From contig JADFZK010000003.1 of the NCBI GenBank assembly GCA_015232565.1, positions 540 to 64,539 on the forward strand: a DNA stretch of 64,000 nt, written 5' to 3'. This document shows positions 36,601 to 48,600 of the stretch, piece after piece (positions within the stretch are counted from its first letter, which is position 1; the number at the start of each line of letters is the position of its first letter). Under the pieces are notes generated by a model, which saw only the letters and a program-made list of their open reading frames with translations, had not been told where the DNA came from and did not search any database. The stretch comes from Candidatus Omnitrophota bacterium. GTDB taxonomy: Bacteria; Omnitrophota; Gorgyraeia; Zapsychrales; Fredricksoniimonadaceae. The position numbers were made by a program, and so were the translations under genes.

Positions 36601-39600
36601 ATCCCACGCACTCTTGGAACCATAATCCCAGCACAACTCCCTATGCCGCCGGTATATTGTCAACGCGGTTACCGCAAAAGCTTCGCTGTTTTCAGCAGTA
36701 GTATCCGGATTAACTTGATGGTGAGCCAGGGAAACCAGGGTCATCAATAGTTCAAGGCGATACTCCGGGCGGAATAAATCTTGAGCCAGATGCATCACTA
36801 GCTCACCAAGCGGATCTTTACGTAAAACACCGAACAGTTCCAGCATTTCTCCACGCCGGACCGCGAGCGATCCCAAAGCAAGCAAAGCTTCCGCTACCGG
36901 TCGATCTTTCATAAACAATACATGCGCCGCTTCAGCCAGGCATTCAGTTAAATATGTTTTGTCCGAGGCCACTAATTCAGTGTTCTTATCAGTAATAACC
37001 TGAATTCGCGCAATCTTCGCCTGCTGATCCCCGGGCAGGGAATTCTTTGGGCGCGTGCGATATGAACTTGAGCTGTTGTTTTCTGCCAGCGGTAAGGCCA
37101 TGGCTAAAGCATAGCCCGGGTTTATAAGGCCGCTGGATAACAAGCGCGGCAGATCGAATATAGCATGCAGAAAATTATTCCAGCGGTGCTTCCGCACAGC
37201 CTGGTCCTCAGGCAGATCAATAGTGTAAGTGAAGAGTGCTTTAAGGGCCGCGCGGTCGGCGGCAGGATGATCCTTTAGAATGCGTTCAATAACCTGTTCT
37301 TTTGTTACGCCGTCCTTTAACTGCCGGCGCATATCGGCTTCTTCGGGCGGCGGAGCCAGTCCGCAGGAAAGCAGCAGGGCCACACAAAAGCAAAACAACC
37401 CCAGGTACAGAAACGGCGCCACAATACAGGTCAGGCCAACCGACAGACACAACAAGAACCCGCCCGCGGCTACTGCCAGCCAAAGATATGATATCCCGAT
37501 CAAGATCTCATAAACTGTCCGTAAACCGCCAGACTTCATTCCAAGCGCGGAGCCAGCGGCCAGCGCATCCGGATTCTGCGGAGCGCTCTTTTCCTGCCAC
37601 AAGGCCCACCCCGACGTCCAATTATTTAACAACCATTTATTTTGCTCCAACCGGGATACTTCCTTCCCGATCTCCTGCAAACGATCCCCGTAACTCTGCA
37701 GTTCCAGCGCGCTACGGTCCGGATCCCAGGCTTTGAGGATCCTTTCGATCCAGTGCAATTCATGAGCCAGAAACCTCCGGGCCTGGAGCTTTTCCACTTC
37801 TTCACGAGGCAAGGACAGAATGTGCTTTTGCAACCACCGGTAGGGCGGATACAGCCTGGAGTTATACCGTGCATCCGGAAGCAAATGATCCACCCTGATA
37901 CCAAATCTTATTATTCTGCTGGCTACCCAGGCTTCGGAGAAACCCAGCCATTGCGCAGTTGACTCCAGCGTGGCCCCTTCGTGCACCGCCCGGTACAAGG
38001 CCAGACGAATCAGGATGTCCTGTAATTGCCGATACGTGGGCATATCCTCAGGCATTACATGCAAACCGTTCTGCACTCCCATACCGTTCTTGAGGCTCTC
38101 ACGATACTCCGGGTTGGTAAATCGGGTATTCAGTATTGTGCCGATGTTCCGTACGTCACAACCCAGCCGGGAGGCCATTTCCTTTTCATTGGGCCAGCAA
38201 CTGGAAACCAGCTCGAGCACCAATAAGCACCAGGCCTCGTCGAAAGTATACTGCACCGGAGTGCGCGCCGGCTGTGAATGCCTGGCGGCGGCAGACAAAC
38301 CCAGGGAATTCTCTATTCCCAGCAAACACTGAACCGGGGTCCGCACCGGCTTTAAATGACTGGCGGCGGCAGACAAGAGCAGAGCATTTTCTATTCCCAG
38401 CAAACAAGGATCATGCGCAGTGCCAATGACCACGCCCGCGGCTCGAAGGTCCTCCACGGTTAATCCGCCGCGTGCGATCAAACGGTCGAGCGCATACCGC
38501 TTCATATAATTCGCCTGACGGATCTCCTGAAGAGTAGCATTCACCCCCGGCGGCACCATTGCGATCATTACCTCCAGTAAGCTTAAAGCCTTTGCCCGCC
38601 TTTGCGCATTCGGCTGGCCATGGACCAGATAAACCCCGATCCGCTCCAGGTCGGCAGTAGCAACTCCCAGGTCATGAAGTTTCTTGCTAAAAGCCGTCGG
38701 GCCCAGACCCAGTTTTTGCGCCAGCCGAACCTGATTACAACGTTGGCCTCGGGGCACCTCCTGCACATAAGAAGTCAACACGCCAAGAAACACTTGTTTT
38801 CTGATCTCGCACAATTCAGCAGATTCCACCGACGCCTGTCCCAGGCGCACTTGCCGCCCTTTAGCGGCGGCAAACCTGGCTTCCAGGCGCGCGTGTTTCT
38901 GGCAGATCACGATTTCATCCCGCACGCTTGGATTGCTTCTATGGGTCTGTTCATGGCCTGCCACATACCCGGGCTTTCTCAAATATAGGAATGCCGGATG
39001 ATACAAAATTTTATTGAACAGAACATAGCTCTCGCGGTTCGGTAAGAACGCTCCTTCGGGGAAACCCGCGCCCGGCACCAGAGCCACCGGAACGCTTTCC
39101 CAGTCTGATTCATTAAAAACACTTGAAGGGCTGACCGCCGCCAGCCAGCGCCGGAAAGCATCCAGGATATCACTACGAATATAGGCATAATAGCTCGCCT
39201 CTTTAACCAGGCGCAGTTGGTTAAATACACGCACCGCTTCCGCGCATAACGCGGCGGTCAGAGTGCCCGCGGGTACCTGGGTGGTGTCCGTAACCGGCAA
39301 TTTTGCACTGCGACCGGGCGACCGGCGCCTAAAGAGCGACAGAACCGGGCCCAGGAGAATTAATGAACTTTGTTTTACGGGCACCGCCGGATCTTCGTTC
39401 TCCGCCGGAACCTCGTGCTTTAAGACCACCTGCGCATCAAATTCCTGGTCGAACCGGGCTTTCTGGGGCTGAGGAATGACAATGAAAACATAGGTCCCGA
39501 TAGCGCCGTTAGTAACAAAATACTGGCCCGGAGAATGCACCCGCGCCACCGATACTTCCAGCACCCGGCCATTACCCGCCGCCACAAAGGCACGTCCGCC

Positions 39601-42600
39601 GGACAGGAAAACCATATGACTACGTGCCGAGGCATCGGTAACCAAATAATCGGCAGCTTCCCCACCCGGCCAGTCGATACGGCAAACATGCACCACTTTA
39701 TCCCGGCTGATGCCGGGCACCCGGGCCATCACCCGTAAAGCCGCGATCTCCCGGCAATTCTTGATCTGAAACATAGACTCGTTAACGATCTGCTTATACG
39801 CCGCCCGGGAGCCGGTCAAATCAAAATATAATTGGCAGTGGTTCTGAACGATCGTACTGCTGTAAACCCGGGTCCGCAAGGCGCGCTCTTCCGCCGCTGG
39901 CCCGGACGACAGGATTCCCGGCATCCAACACCATATAGCCAACATCAGGGAAACAAAAGGCACCGCGATCAATAACAATACTTCGGGCAGGGCTTTTCCG
40001 GAAACTGAGGAACTGGCTTCAATGGAAGGAACAGCGCGCGTTAAAACTTTGTACCCAGGCGGCGCGGTAGCGGCATACTTTACGGCCTGCTTCAGTATCG
40101 CAGGATGTATGTCAAAATCCAAAGCCGAACCCTGGGCTTCTTTCTGACTTTTTAAGACCAGCAGGACCTGGGCCAGCCAGTAAAGGTTAAACCTTCTTTG
40201 CGGAATTGCCTTGGCCCAGGACTGCAGGTCAAAACCCACATCGGCGTGCACCCGGTTAGACCAGGAATTAATGGTCTGCGCTGCAATTCCCAGCACTATC
40301 GCAGCTTGTCTTTTGTTTTGCGCCTTGGTGGCCAGCGCCATATAGCGCAAACAATCCTGCACCTCTTTCCATACGATGCCCTCCGGAAGATCCGGGAATT
40401 CTTCATAAACCAGACGCCGGTCGATCGCGATCTCATTCCAATTTATCAAAGTTATACGCAATACACCTATAGCCTCGGCAGCCCCCGCCATACTGTCGGG
40501 ATAAACTTTTACAGCGCGGCTAAACATAACAGCCTTAATGGCCAATTCCAGCGGCGCGATCCGGTCATGGCCCGGCCCGGTATTAATAACGTCGGACAAC
40601 GGCTCCAGCACCGCGCCAAACCCGTTAAAAGGGCGCCTGCGGAAGATCGTGTGCGAAGCACTACGCGGATCTGCTCCGTACAAAGCTCGACCATAAACCA
40701 AAACACTCCCCTCGTTGGCAGGTTTCGGCACAAGAACCAACCCGCCCTGGGCTTGTATAAACTCTTTGTACGACCTCAGGCCGCGGATCTCCAGTATACG
40801 ATTGCCGCATCTTACCTGGGCTACCCCGTCGGCCCGCACCTCGTCGGTAAAAACATATGGCCCGGGAACACGCTTCCCCACACCTCGTACCCAGTCAATA
40901 AATTCCAGCTGTTCGAGGCTTAACGCATAACAACCCGCTCCCGGGATCTGCAATAACTCCCGTACCACCCGGGCCTGGCCTGCCAGATCAATATAGAACA
41001 CTCTAACATGAACGCCATACACCGGATGTTGCGCAAAAGAGACCAGATACCTGTTCGGCATCCAGGGCTGGCCATCCCGCTCTTCCACCGGATGGACCGC
41101 CACTGCCTGTTGCCACGCCAAAGAAGCTATTATCACAAAAGGCCGCTTCTTGTTTCTGATCGTCTTCCAGGTAATACCCACCGACAATGCTCCCTCGACC
41201 ACCGCAGTGCTTTCATTGTGCGCATAAGCTGCCAACGCCCGGCGTAACGCACTGTGATCAGGCGCCGAAGACCTCTGCTCAGACATTCTTCGCACTGGAT
41301 TATTTGGCTCAACCACCGCGGGAACGATACCATTCTGCTCTGGAGTCCCTTGCACACGGTCTGGCGCAAGATCTTTATGTCCGGGGGGCACCTCTTCAGG
41401 TTTATCCGCCGATAAACCGTCAGGCCAGAATAATTTTAGCGGTGTAGCCAGGAAAGCCATCAGCTCCGGAAGCGTAAACCTGCAGCGCTGTGTATCCAAT
41501 ATCGCAAAAGCTCCCCGGCCATATAAGAATACATCCTTGTCATATTGGAAATGCAGTTGCTCGGTGTGTTTTTCCTCGGTAGTCGACGGGTCGGTCATCA
41601 GGAAGAATTTAAAGACCGAAGCATATTCTTTCGAATAACGCTCATATCCATGAGCCAGCGCTGCGGCTTGAGCGCGAGCCGCGGGTCCCTCGCGGTCATA
41701 ACCATAAAGCCTTAAATGTGCCCGGTAGTTCGCGAACCGCTGGACGGTTTCAACGTGCGCTATTATCCGCAACCGGGGCTCGACCACCAGCCAGGGCAAA
41801 CGGTAACATAAAATAAGACCCACCGCCGCCCCGCATAACCCATAAACCGCGCCGCCCATCAGCGCTCCCGCTATCCCGAAGGCCCACCAAAGCGGACGCG
41901 GCTTGAGTGCACGGATAAAATTGCGCTTATTAACATCCAGGATCGCCAGCGGTAAAGAGAGACCCAGGAATTGCATAAGTTCCTGCGCCCGGTCCCGCAC
42001 CAGATGCTGACGCCAGGCCCGGCTGACCTTCAATTGCTCCGCCGGACGCTTAAGCAAACTGTCGATCCGGGGATCTGGCGCCACGGGTACATTTCGGTTG
42101 GCAAGCTGCCCCAGAATGGCGCTCTCCCAGAACATGTCCAGACGGTAGAAACCGCCTTCCTCAACCACTCTTAAAGGCCGGCGGCCTAACGACCAATCGA
42201 TCACATTGATATTGAGTACCGAAGGCGGATTCAGCCCTTTACCGCGAAAATAATGTAAAGCCCGCTGAATACGCAAGTCCAAATAATATTTCCAGATATT
42301 ACCAGCCTCCCAATAAGAGTCCCTGGCAATCCCCATGAACGATTTGACCATCACCGGGTAAAACCCGCCCGGAATACCCAGACTGTTCACTACTGGAACA
42401 TTGATCAGAAAGTCTATCTCAACAGGGAGTTGGCCATCGAGCTGAAAACCGGGAACTTGCGCCAACCTTGCTGATCCACCATTAACTGGCAGAAAGCGGC
42501 GGTCACCACGGAAAATATTAACCCCAAAAGCCACGACCGCTGCCGGGACACGGTTCCCGGAATGCCGAACCAGCCAGTCGGCCGCCTGCAACTCGGCCAG

Positions 42601-45600
42601 GGCACCGCGCCGGTCATTCCGCTCCTCGGACCCCAGGCGCGCAACCAAATACTCGATCCCCGGAACTCGGTCTTCCCAAAACCTTTCCACCATTCGCAAC
42701 ACTTGCGGTTGCAAAGTCTTCAAAACAGGCAATATCCTTTCTCTATCAATAACAGTTATTTCAGCTCGATGATCTCCGTGCAAGGCATTGGAATTCCGGA
42801 TCAAATATTCCTCCGGGGTACAATCCCGCCCCCCGCTATTCGGCACTTTTGTAAATACGCCAAAACGCTGTGTAAGGCCGGCCAGACATGCGGCGTAGAC
42901 CGGATTCTTTTCGCCCAATGCCATACTAACGTCCAGCAAAGCACTAACCAGCCGGTGCTCCAAAGCAATATGCAAACCCCAGGCTGTTCCGTCCAAAGTC
43001 TTTACAAAATATCTTTCATAACTGATCGCAAACTGTACTGTAAGGCACAAAGCTTTCTTTAACCGGCCAGCAGTACTTTGCCTTTCATCAGCGGAAAGAC
43101 CCTCCCAGATCCGATACGCAGCCAGGCCGCGCAAAGCCGAGACGATAAAAAGCGAATGACTCTGCCGGAAATACTGATCTGTCAACTGCTGGTCGATCAG
43201 ACGGCCGGCAGTATCCCGATCGCCAAAAGATACCGCCCAACCTGTTCGCCCGGTGGGCACACACTCACGGCCGGCTTTAACCGCCTCGCTTAACTTCCTG
43301 GAAGGCGCCGCGATATCCGCCACAATATGCCGGCAAAGCATGAGCAGCCCCAGGCGCGGCTCTTTCCAGGACTGGAATAAAGGCCGGTCATTCTGCCGAA
43401 TACACCCGCCAGCCGAACGCGTTTGCGCCAGGCGGTCGATAAGCGGCCGGAAATATTCGCGCAGTTGTCTTTCATGTTCATTTATCGCCTGCTCCAAAGA
43501 CAGCGCTGTTAATGCCGTAAACCCGGCCTCGGCAATTGCTATCTCCTCATCCGACGGCTCCCGCCAGCGGATCATATCGCGGTCAAAGACCTGGTCGTGC
43601 AGCCGGGCCAGGTCCCGTGCCGAGAGCCCCTGGAACAACCAGGCAGTTTCGGTAACCGCCACGATACGCAACAGCCGCAGAAGCCTTTCTGTATTAAGCT
43701 CGAAAATAGCCAGTTTTAATTCCTCCCGCCAGATCGGCAACATTAACGGGAACGGATCGCCGGGGCTTTGCCCGGGAGTTGCACTATCCGTAAAATTTTC
43801 CCACCAGTCATGCCGCCCATATTCATATGCCCAGCAATTAGGGAACGAACCAGCTGGTGGATGACATTTATTATCTTCCGCAGGCTTAGCCAATGGCGCC
43901 GGCGTCGGAACAGTATTTGATTGATTTGACTTTGGTAAGTTAGCACCGGAGGCATCGCCCGCAGATGCACGCTCATTGCCTGACGCCAATGATATACAAC
44001 AACCCATACCGAGAAGAATGCCGGAATCCTGGCCATAACCCAGCAAGCAAGACCCCAACCAGGCAATGCCAAGAACAAAAGGAATCAGGGGCACAGAAGA
44101 AGCGGCTTGGGATACTAACTTTACGACGGCTTGCACAATGCCTTCAATTTTTGAACGCACAAAGTATTCCGGTCTATCCCGCGGTAAATGCATGCCCTGT
44201 CTTAAGTGGCCCTTGAATTCCGGGAGGCCTAAAGCCGCGGCAATAGTGGCGCTTCCGGGAATAGTCATCCCCACATTTAATGAACACAAGAATAGGGAGA
44301 CCGCATTTAATGCTTTAGGAGTGAACTTACTACTGCCATATTGAGCCACCACACGGCCATACTCGGTTTCGATCAAGTCGTCAAGACTTAAACCATCAAC
44401 TGTAGAAGATTGCTTCAATAATGTACTCGATTCAATGAACAAGAATCTCTTTATTGCAAGTATCGCCGCGCCGGCGTTCCCCAGTTGTAAATACCGGCGG
44501 GCAATACCCATCTGCCGTACAGACCTTTCATGAACATGATGCTGAGCCACCACATATTCAGCAAAATTATTCGGCAAAGCGAAACCCTTGAAATCATGTT
44601 CATCACCGGCGCCGATCTTGGCTCCCAATGCAAAATCTGCCGGATCGCTTACTGATGAATACCACAAGACCGATTGAACATACATCTGGTAACACACTTC
44701 CAGGAAACGCGGTATCAGCATTCTCTCCACTTCATTCAATTGCCCATCTTCCCCGAGGCCATCAAACAAACGATCCATCTTACGGTCAATTACACCAGGA
44801 GCATCCATGGCTCGCAGAATTACATTGCGCACAATGAACTTCTCCGCATCGGTAAAACCACATGCTTCCAATGCCGCATTCTCAACAATGCACTTCAGCA
44901 AACTGCGCAATTTCTTGGACTCAGTAGCTACCGCCATATTGAACAAAGCGGGATGCTCCAACATAAATTGTTTCCCAGCTGGCGAATGGATCAGGAACGC
45001 ATACAACTGATAATAATTCGCCGGCAGGAAATTAACGCCCCATCTGGCTTCTTCCGGATGCTCCAACAGATAGCGCGTACTGTCGGACAAAGATTCAACA
45101 CCGCCGGTAATTGCCGCACATACAGAGCTTAGCTCGTGATTGCCGTTCTCAACTTTAATCCGGGCGCTATCATACATTCGGTTAAACATGGCCGTGAATC
45201 TCTGAACATCGTCGAGAGAACTCAAAAGGACAAAAGGTATCCGATGATCGATCCGGCAGATCATAAGGGAAGCCCGGTACCAATCCGGCAGCTGTTCAAG
45301 ATGAAGGACCACAACATCCGGACGGAAACGCCGGATCTGGCGTTCCAGTTCATTATTGAATTCCAATATCAAAGCCTTAACAACCAGGCCTTTATCCTGG
45401 GCACGAAGAGTTCGCAGCAATTTATCGGTGGGAACGCCTCTCTGCGCCAGTACCAAAACCCTCCGCCGGGCCGGCACCCCCGGCGATGCCACCGACAGGC
45501 CAATGCCAAGAGCGCCGCAAAGCATACCGGCGTCATGGCCGTAACCTGTCAGATACCCCAGCAGGCACAATGTGCTGGCGATGGGCAAGAGCGCGTAAGT

Positions 45601-48600
45601 CAGCATCGCCGCGATGCGTGGCAACTTTTTGCCAGCACTCCGCTTCCAGGCATCCCATAATATTCCGCCCAAACCAATGACTGCCACGACATTACTGGGA
45701 TCCAGCAAATTTGACGATGGTGTTTGCACAGCAGGTTTTGATGATACGGGAAGGTCGTTAAGGGCGCGTAAAGATGAAGCATCCGGCAATACTGTTAAGG
45801 TAACATAATGCTCAACTGCGCCCTGGATCTGCTCAGCGATAGAACGATCCGCGGACACAGCGAGCTCGAACACCGTGCCGGAGCTGGACCTTTCCGGCAG
45901 GATGCCGGGTCCAGCGAAGTGCCGGTCCCAGTCAGACCGGCCGGTCATCTCCGGGGGAGCGCGGCGGCCGATGATCGCAAAGAGCCAGTCCAGATCCATT
46001 CGTGACACAGCATATTCCTGCCCGCGGAACGTGACCTCGGCGAAATACACCCCGCCGGCGCCTAAAGTAAAACTTAAGCGCGGCCAAGCCTCGCCCGTAA
46101 CAACCGCGATCCGCGCCAGGCCAAAAAGCTTCTGCTCCAAAGTTTGCGTGTCTACCGCGCACTGCCGTGCAAGTTCCAAAGCCTTCTGCCGCTCGGCTTC
46201 TTGCGCGGCGGGTGAATCCGGGAACAATTGCGCACAGAAATCTTTAGGCAACATCTCAAGGAGTTCTTTGTCCGACACGGTCTCACCGGACAAGCCGGCC
46301 TGATTCAATGATTCTGACAATCTATTGAGTTTGGCCCGTAATTGTATCAATTCTTCAGGCTTACTCCGAATATAGTACGGCGGCATTGACTGCCGCGATT
46401 CTACGTAATAAGCATGCGCATGCTCACCTTTAGCCGCAAATTTCCAATTGCGGATATTGCGCCAATAATCTAGCCACAACTCGTTTGCCGTGCTAATCGG
46501 CCCAGGTATTTCAACCATAGAACGCAAAATCTTCACGGGCATCCCTATTTTGGCATTCCCAACCACCTGCTTCCACCGGAGAATAGCCTCACATACCCCC
46601 GCCAGTCGTTCGGCCATCTTCTCGGCTTCTTCGGGCTTCCAACCCATCTCTCTTGTCAAGTCCTGGAACAAGACACTCCGTCGACGAACTTCCGCTTCAT
46701 AAATGCCCCATTCACGGCTATCAGGTATACGACCATTATCTTCTTTGAAGAAAGCTTCAAACGTGTTTCGTGTCATTAGTGAGCCAAAACTCTGAACATA
46801 TGGCATTCCGTAGTAGGGATCAGAAACCAGAACCCTAAATCTTTCGGAGAAACCACGATATTCAACTGAAGGTTCAAAGATCTCAACCAGTTTCCGGACC
46901 TTCGTAACATCAAAAACATCCAAACAAGAACCACCAATATTATTTTCGAATATTGTCTTATCGAACCGAGGCATATTGCACGCGATCAACGGCCTTGCAT
47001 CATAATTTTCTGCCGACGAACAATTCCCCATAACTGCGATTCGACCAATCCCGTACAAAGCATCGCAAACCTTCGGGGAAACAATAACTCCTATACGCGC
47101 CTTGAACGCGCCAAACAATGTTGCCGCGGCGGCCTCGACAGCCGCTGGTTGAGCCGCACTCATGGGCAATGCCGGAACGACCCCGACTGCGGCGGCGATC
47201 TGGCTGGATTGTTTAAGAAAGCTCCGGCGAGATATTCCGCGGTTCAGCCACTTGACCGCATTGGCCAGGGCCTGTATGAACACTTCACGAATATTTCGCT
47301 CGGGACCCGGCACCTGGGCCTCGGATGAACCAGCCTCTCTATTGCGCGGAGCCAGAAGAGCCTGGATGGTACCACGCAATGAACGGCGCACGGGCTGCGA
47401 CCGGGGCAGTTCACGCCGGGCCGACACTGGTACAACAACCGCACCATTAGAAAGGCCCGCATCCACAACAGCGCTTTGCGAAGCTGTAACCACCATCTGC
47501 GCAGGCTTCAGTATACGCGCAAAGAATTCACGTCGATCTGCATTATGCGCAGGCACTGCCGCGGAACTTCTTAACGCGGCCGGGCGATGCAGTATTAGCA
47601 CTGAGAAGCCGTAGAGAATAGCGCCGGCTGTAATTAGCGCCGGACAGCCCAGCGCCGCGCCCACTGCCGCAATGAACGCTCCGGGACCGATATATGTTAC
47701 AGAGTCGCCGGCCGATTCTTCTTCCGAGCTATTACCAGTGCCCGTGGCAAATTCCCAGACGCCGGTATTATTGCGCCAGTCAGTCTCCATGCGCTCTATG
47801 GCTTCTTCTTTCAGGAGTTTAACACGCTGATATTCAGCCTCATTCCTGGCCTCTTCTTCATGATACCTCTCACAGAAATCTTTTTCCGCTTGTATTCTGG
47901 CTTCTTCCCTGCGCAATTGCTCAATATATGCATCTTGGTGCTTATTAAACCACGGATTTGAAACCAATAACCCAGGATCCATTCCACGAAGTATCTGATC
48001 AACCGCGACAACTCCAGGGTTATCAGGATGCTCACGCGAAAGCTCTCTGACCCTGCCATGACTCATGCCCTTTAGATGCAGATAGACCTTTCGTGCTTGA
48101 TGAGCCGCTACCATATATCGATATTTATCCCCTTCCTCCTCAAATGGCAGGTCAAAACCGAACCGGTCCTTAAGCCCAACCACTGCTTTGCCAAAATCAA
48201 TTCCTTCAAAAGTACGCATTGTTTGATAACTAAAACCGGTATATCTTGCTCCGGGAGAAACGGTTACAATTTCGGGGGTTTCAACCGCTATGGCCATGCG
48301 ATCGGCCAGTTCCCGGTTCGATTGGCCTATCCCCAACGTGAAAAAACCATCGACAATAGTCCGGAACTGTCTTACTGTCGGCACCTGGAAAGCAGGGTCG
48401 GCCAATTTTGCTTGAAGAGCCAAACGACAAATAGTGAAACAATCCTGTTCCACATTCACAACTCTCCCAAGGTCTATACCCTGTTGACAAGGTTTCACCA
48501 TGCCATCCAAATGAAATGTCACCGCTCCTAATACCTGTAATTTCTCCCACGAAAGATTCTTCAACCACGCCGGCGTGAACGATGCCCCTTGCACCATAAC